Below are positions 63,261 through 64,000 of a stretch of DNA of 64,000 nucleotides, one piece after another. Source of the stretch: Gammaproteobacteria bacterium (lineage in GTDB: Bacteria > Pseudomonadota > Gammaproteobacteria > GCA-001735895); assembly GCA_050298595.1 (NCBI GenBank), contig JBNKUM010000009.1, positions 1-64,000 of the forward strand, in the 5' to 3' direction. The notes beneath the pieces were generated by a model, which was not told the origin of the DNA, searched no databases, and was given only the letters and a program-made list of their open reading frames with translations. The translations under genes and the position numbers were made by a program. Numbering within the stretch: the stretch's first letter is position 1; every line of letters starts with the position of its first letter.

Positions 63261-64000
63261 TCAGTAATGATCCACATCTGTTAGAGGTAGCTTAACCTTA
63301 ACTTTCAATCCTCCTAATTCTGATTTCGAGAATGAAATATCACCTTTATAACTGTCCAGGATTGCGCTACATATACTCAGCCCAAGGCCGTGACCAGCCT
63401 GAGTTTCATCCAGTCTGACACCACGTTTTTGTATGCTTTCGATTTTCTGAGATTGAATTCCCTGACCATCGTCGTCAAAAATAATAATAAGTTGTTGTTC
63501 CAGCATGGACATAGTCAAACCAACCTGATGATTTGAGAATTTACAGGCATTATCCAGCAGGTTTCCAACCAGTTCTAGCATATCATCACGATCAAAGTCG
63601 ATGTTGCCTATTTCTTCTGGATGCTTGAAATTGATTTTTACATTGGGATAGATTTTATTCATGATTTCAATCATGAAGGGAATCTCTTCAGCAATATTGA
63701 ACACGCCGCTACTGTGTTTTGATCCCGAGATTTTCGCGCGTTTTAATTCGCGCTCAACGATATGTTGTATCTCATCCAGTGGTTCAATCATCTCTGGTAT
63801 TCTTTTCTGCTCCTGCTGTAATGATAATAACTGAATAGGGCGTTTTAATTCATGTGCAAGATTACCTATAGCGTGACGAGTACGCTCGATACGATTACGC
63901 AACTGATCAACTAGCATCTCAATTTCATTCACAAGTGGCATGATTTCCAAAGGTACCTGTAGACCGGTTTTATCCTGCTCGAGATGTCTAATCGATGAAA
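63261..64000 (-). CDS. Sensor histidine kinase (PhoQ-like), 5' part outside window
   Basis: LAHELKRP, GNLLDNACK, DDGQG, GHGLGL. Confidence 0.9.
   Translation of the reverse strand, partial: SSIRHLEQDKTGLQVPLEIMPLVNEIEMLVDQLRNRIERTRHAIGNLAHELKRPIQLLSLQQEQKRIPEMIEPLDEIQHIVERELKRAKISGSKHSSGVFNIAEEIPFMIEIMNKIYPNVKINFKHPEEIGNIDFDRDDMLELVGNLLDNACKFSNHQVGLTMSMLEQQLIIIFDDDGQGIQSQKIESIQKRGVRLDETQAGHGLGLSICSAILDSYKGDISFSKSELGGLKVKVKLPLTDVDHY

Overview
Gammaproteobacterial chromosomal window with three zones. (1) 1-7.6 kb is a decayed accessory region: a hairpin MITE-like end, IS1182 and nucleotidyltransferase remnants, and an integrase-less integron cassette array. The array holds an SMI1/KNR4 pseudogene cassette and a 2.6-kb three-gene PEP-CTERM cassette whose attC is invaded by a group IIC intron fragment, itself carrying REP-like inserts and an IS1111 end. 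RAYT and GGDEF remnants and an orphan bufferin (BufA2-like) precursor follow. (2) 7.6-19.9 kb is the main candidate novel system: a VanR-controlled aryl-methyl-ether (vanillate/syringate-type) cluster. It joins an O2-dependent Rieske O-demethylase (vanA, no vanB) to a full anaerobic-style cobalamin methyltransferase set (MT1, corrinoid protein, MT2, ASKHA activator, MetH-activation-like protein), a MetV-MetF fusion, FolD, an amidohydrolase and LigAB. (3) 20-64 kb holds the polar flagellar fliL-fliA/che cluster, a FliK-like/FlhB-like pair, a diguanylate cyclase, a second (CheD-containing, F7-like) chemosensory cluster split by ispG with unusual NIT-like/PAS and Aer/Aer2-hybrid receptors, then a HAD hydrolase, tesA-ybbAP, relA and a partial sensor kinase. 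All calls come from motif recognition by eye; no database searches were run.
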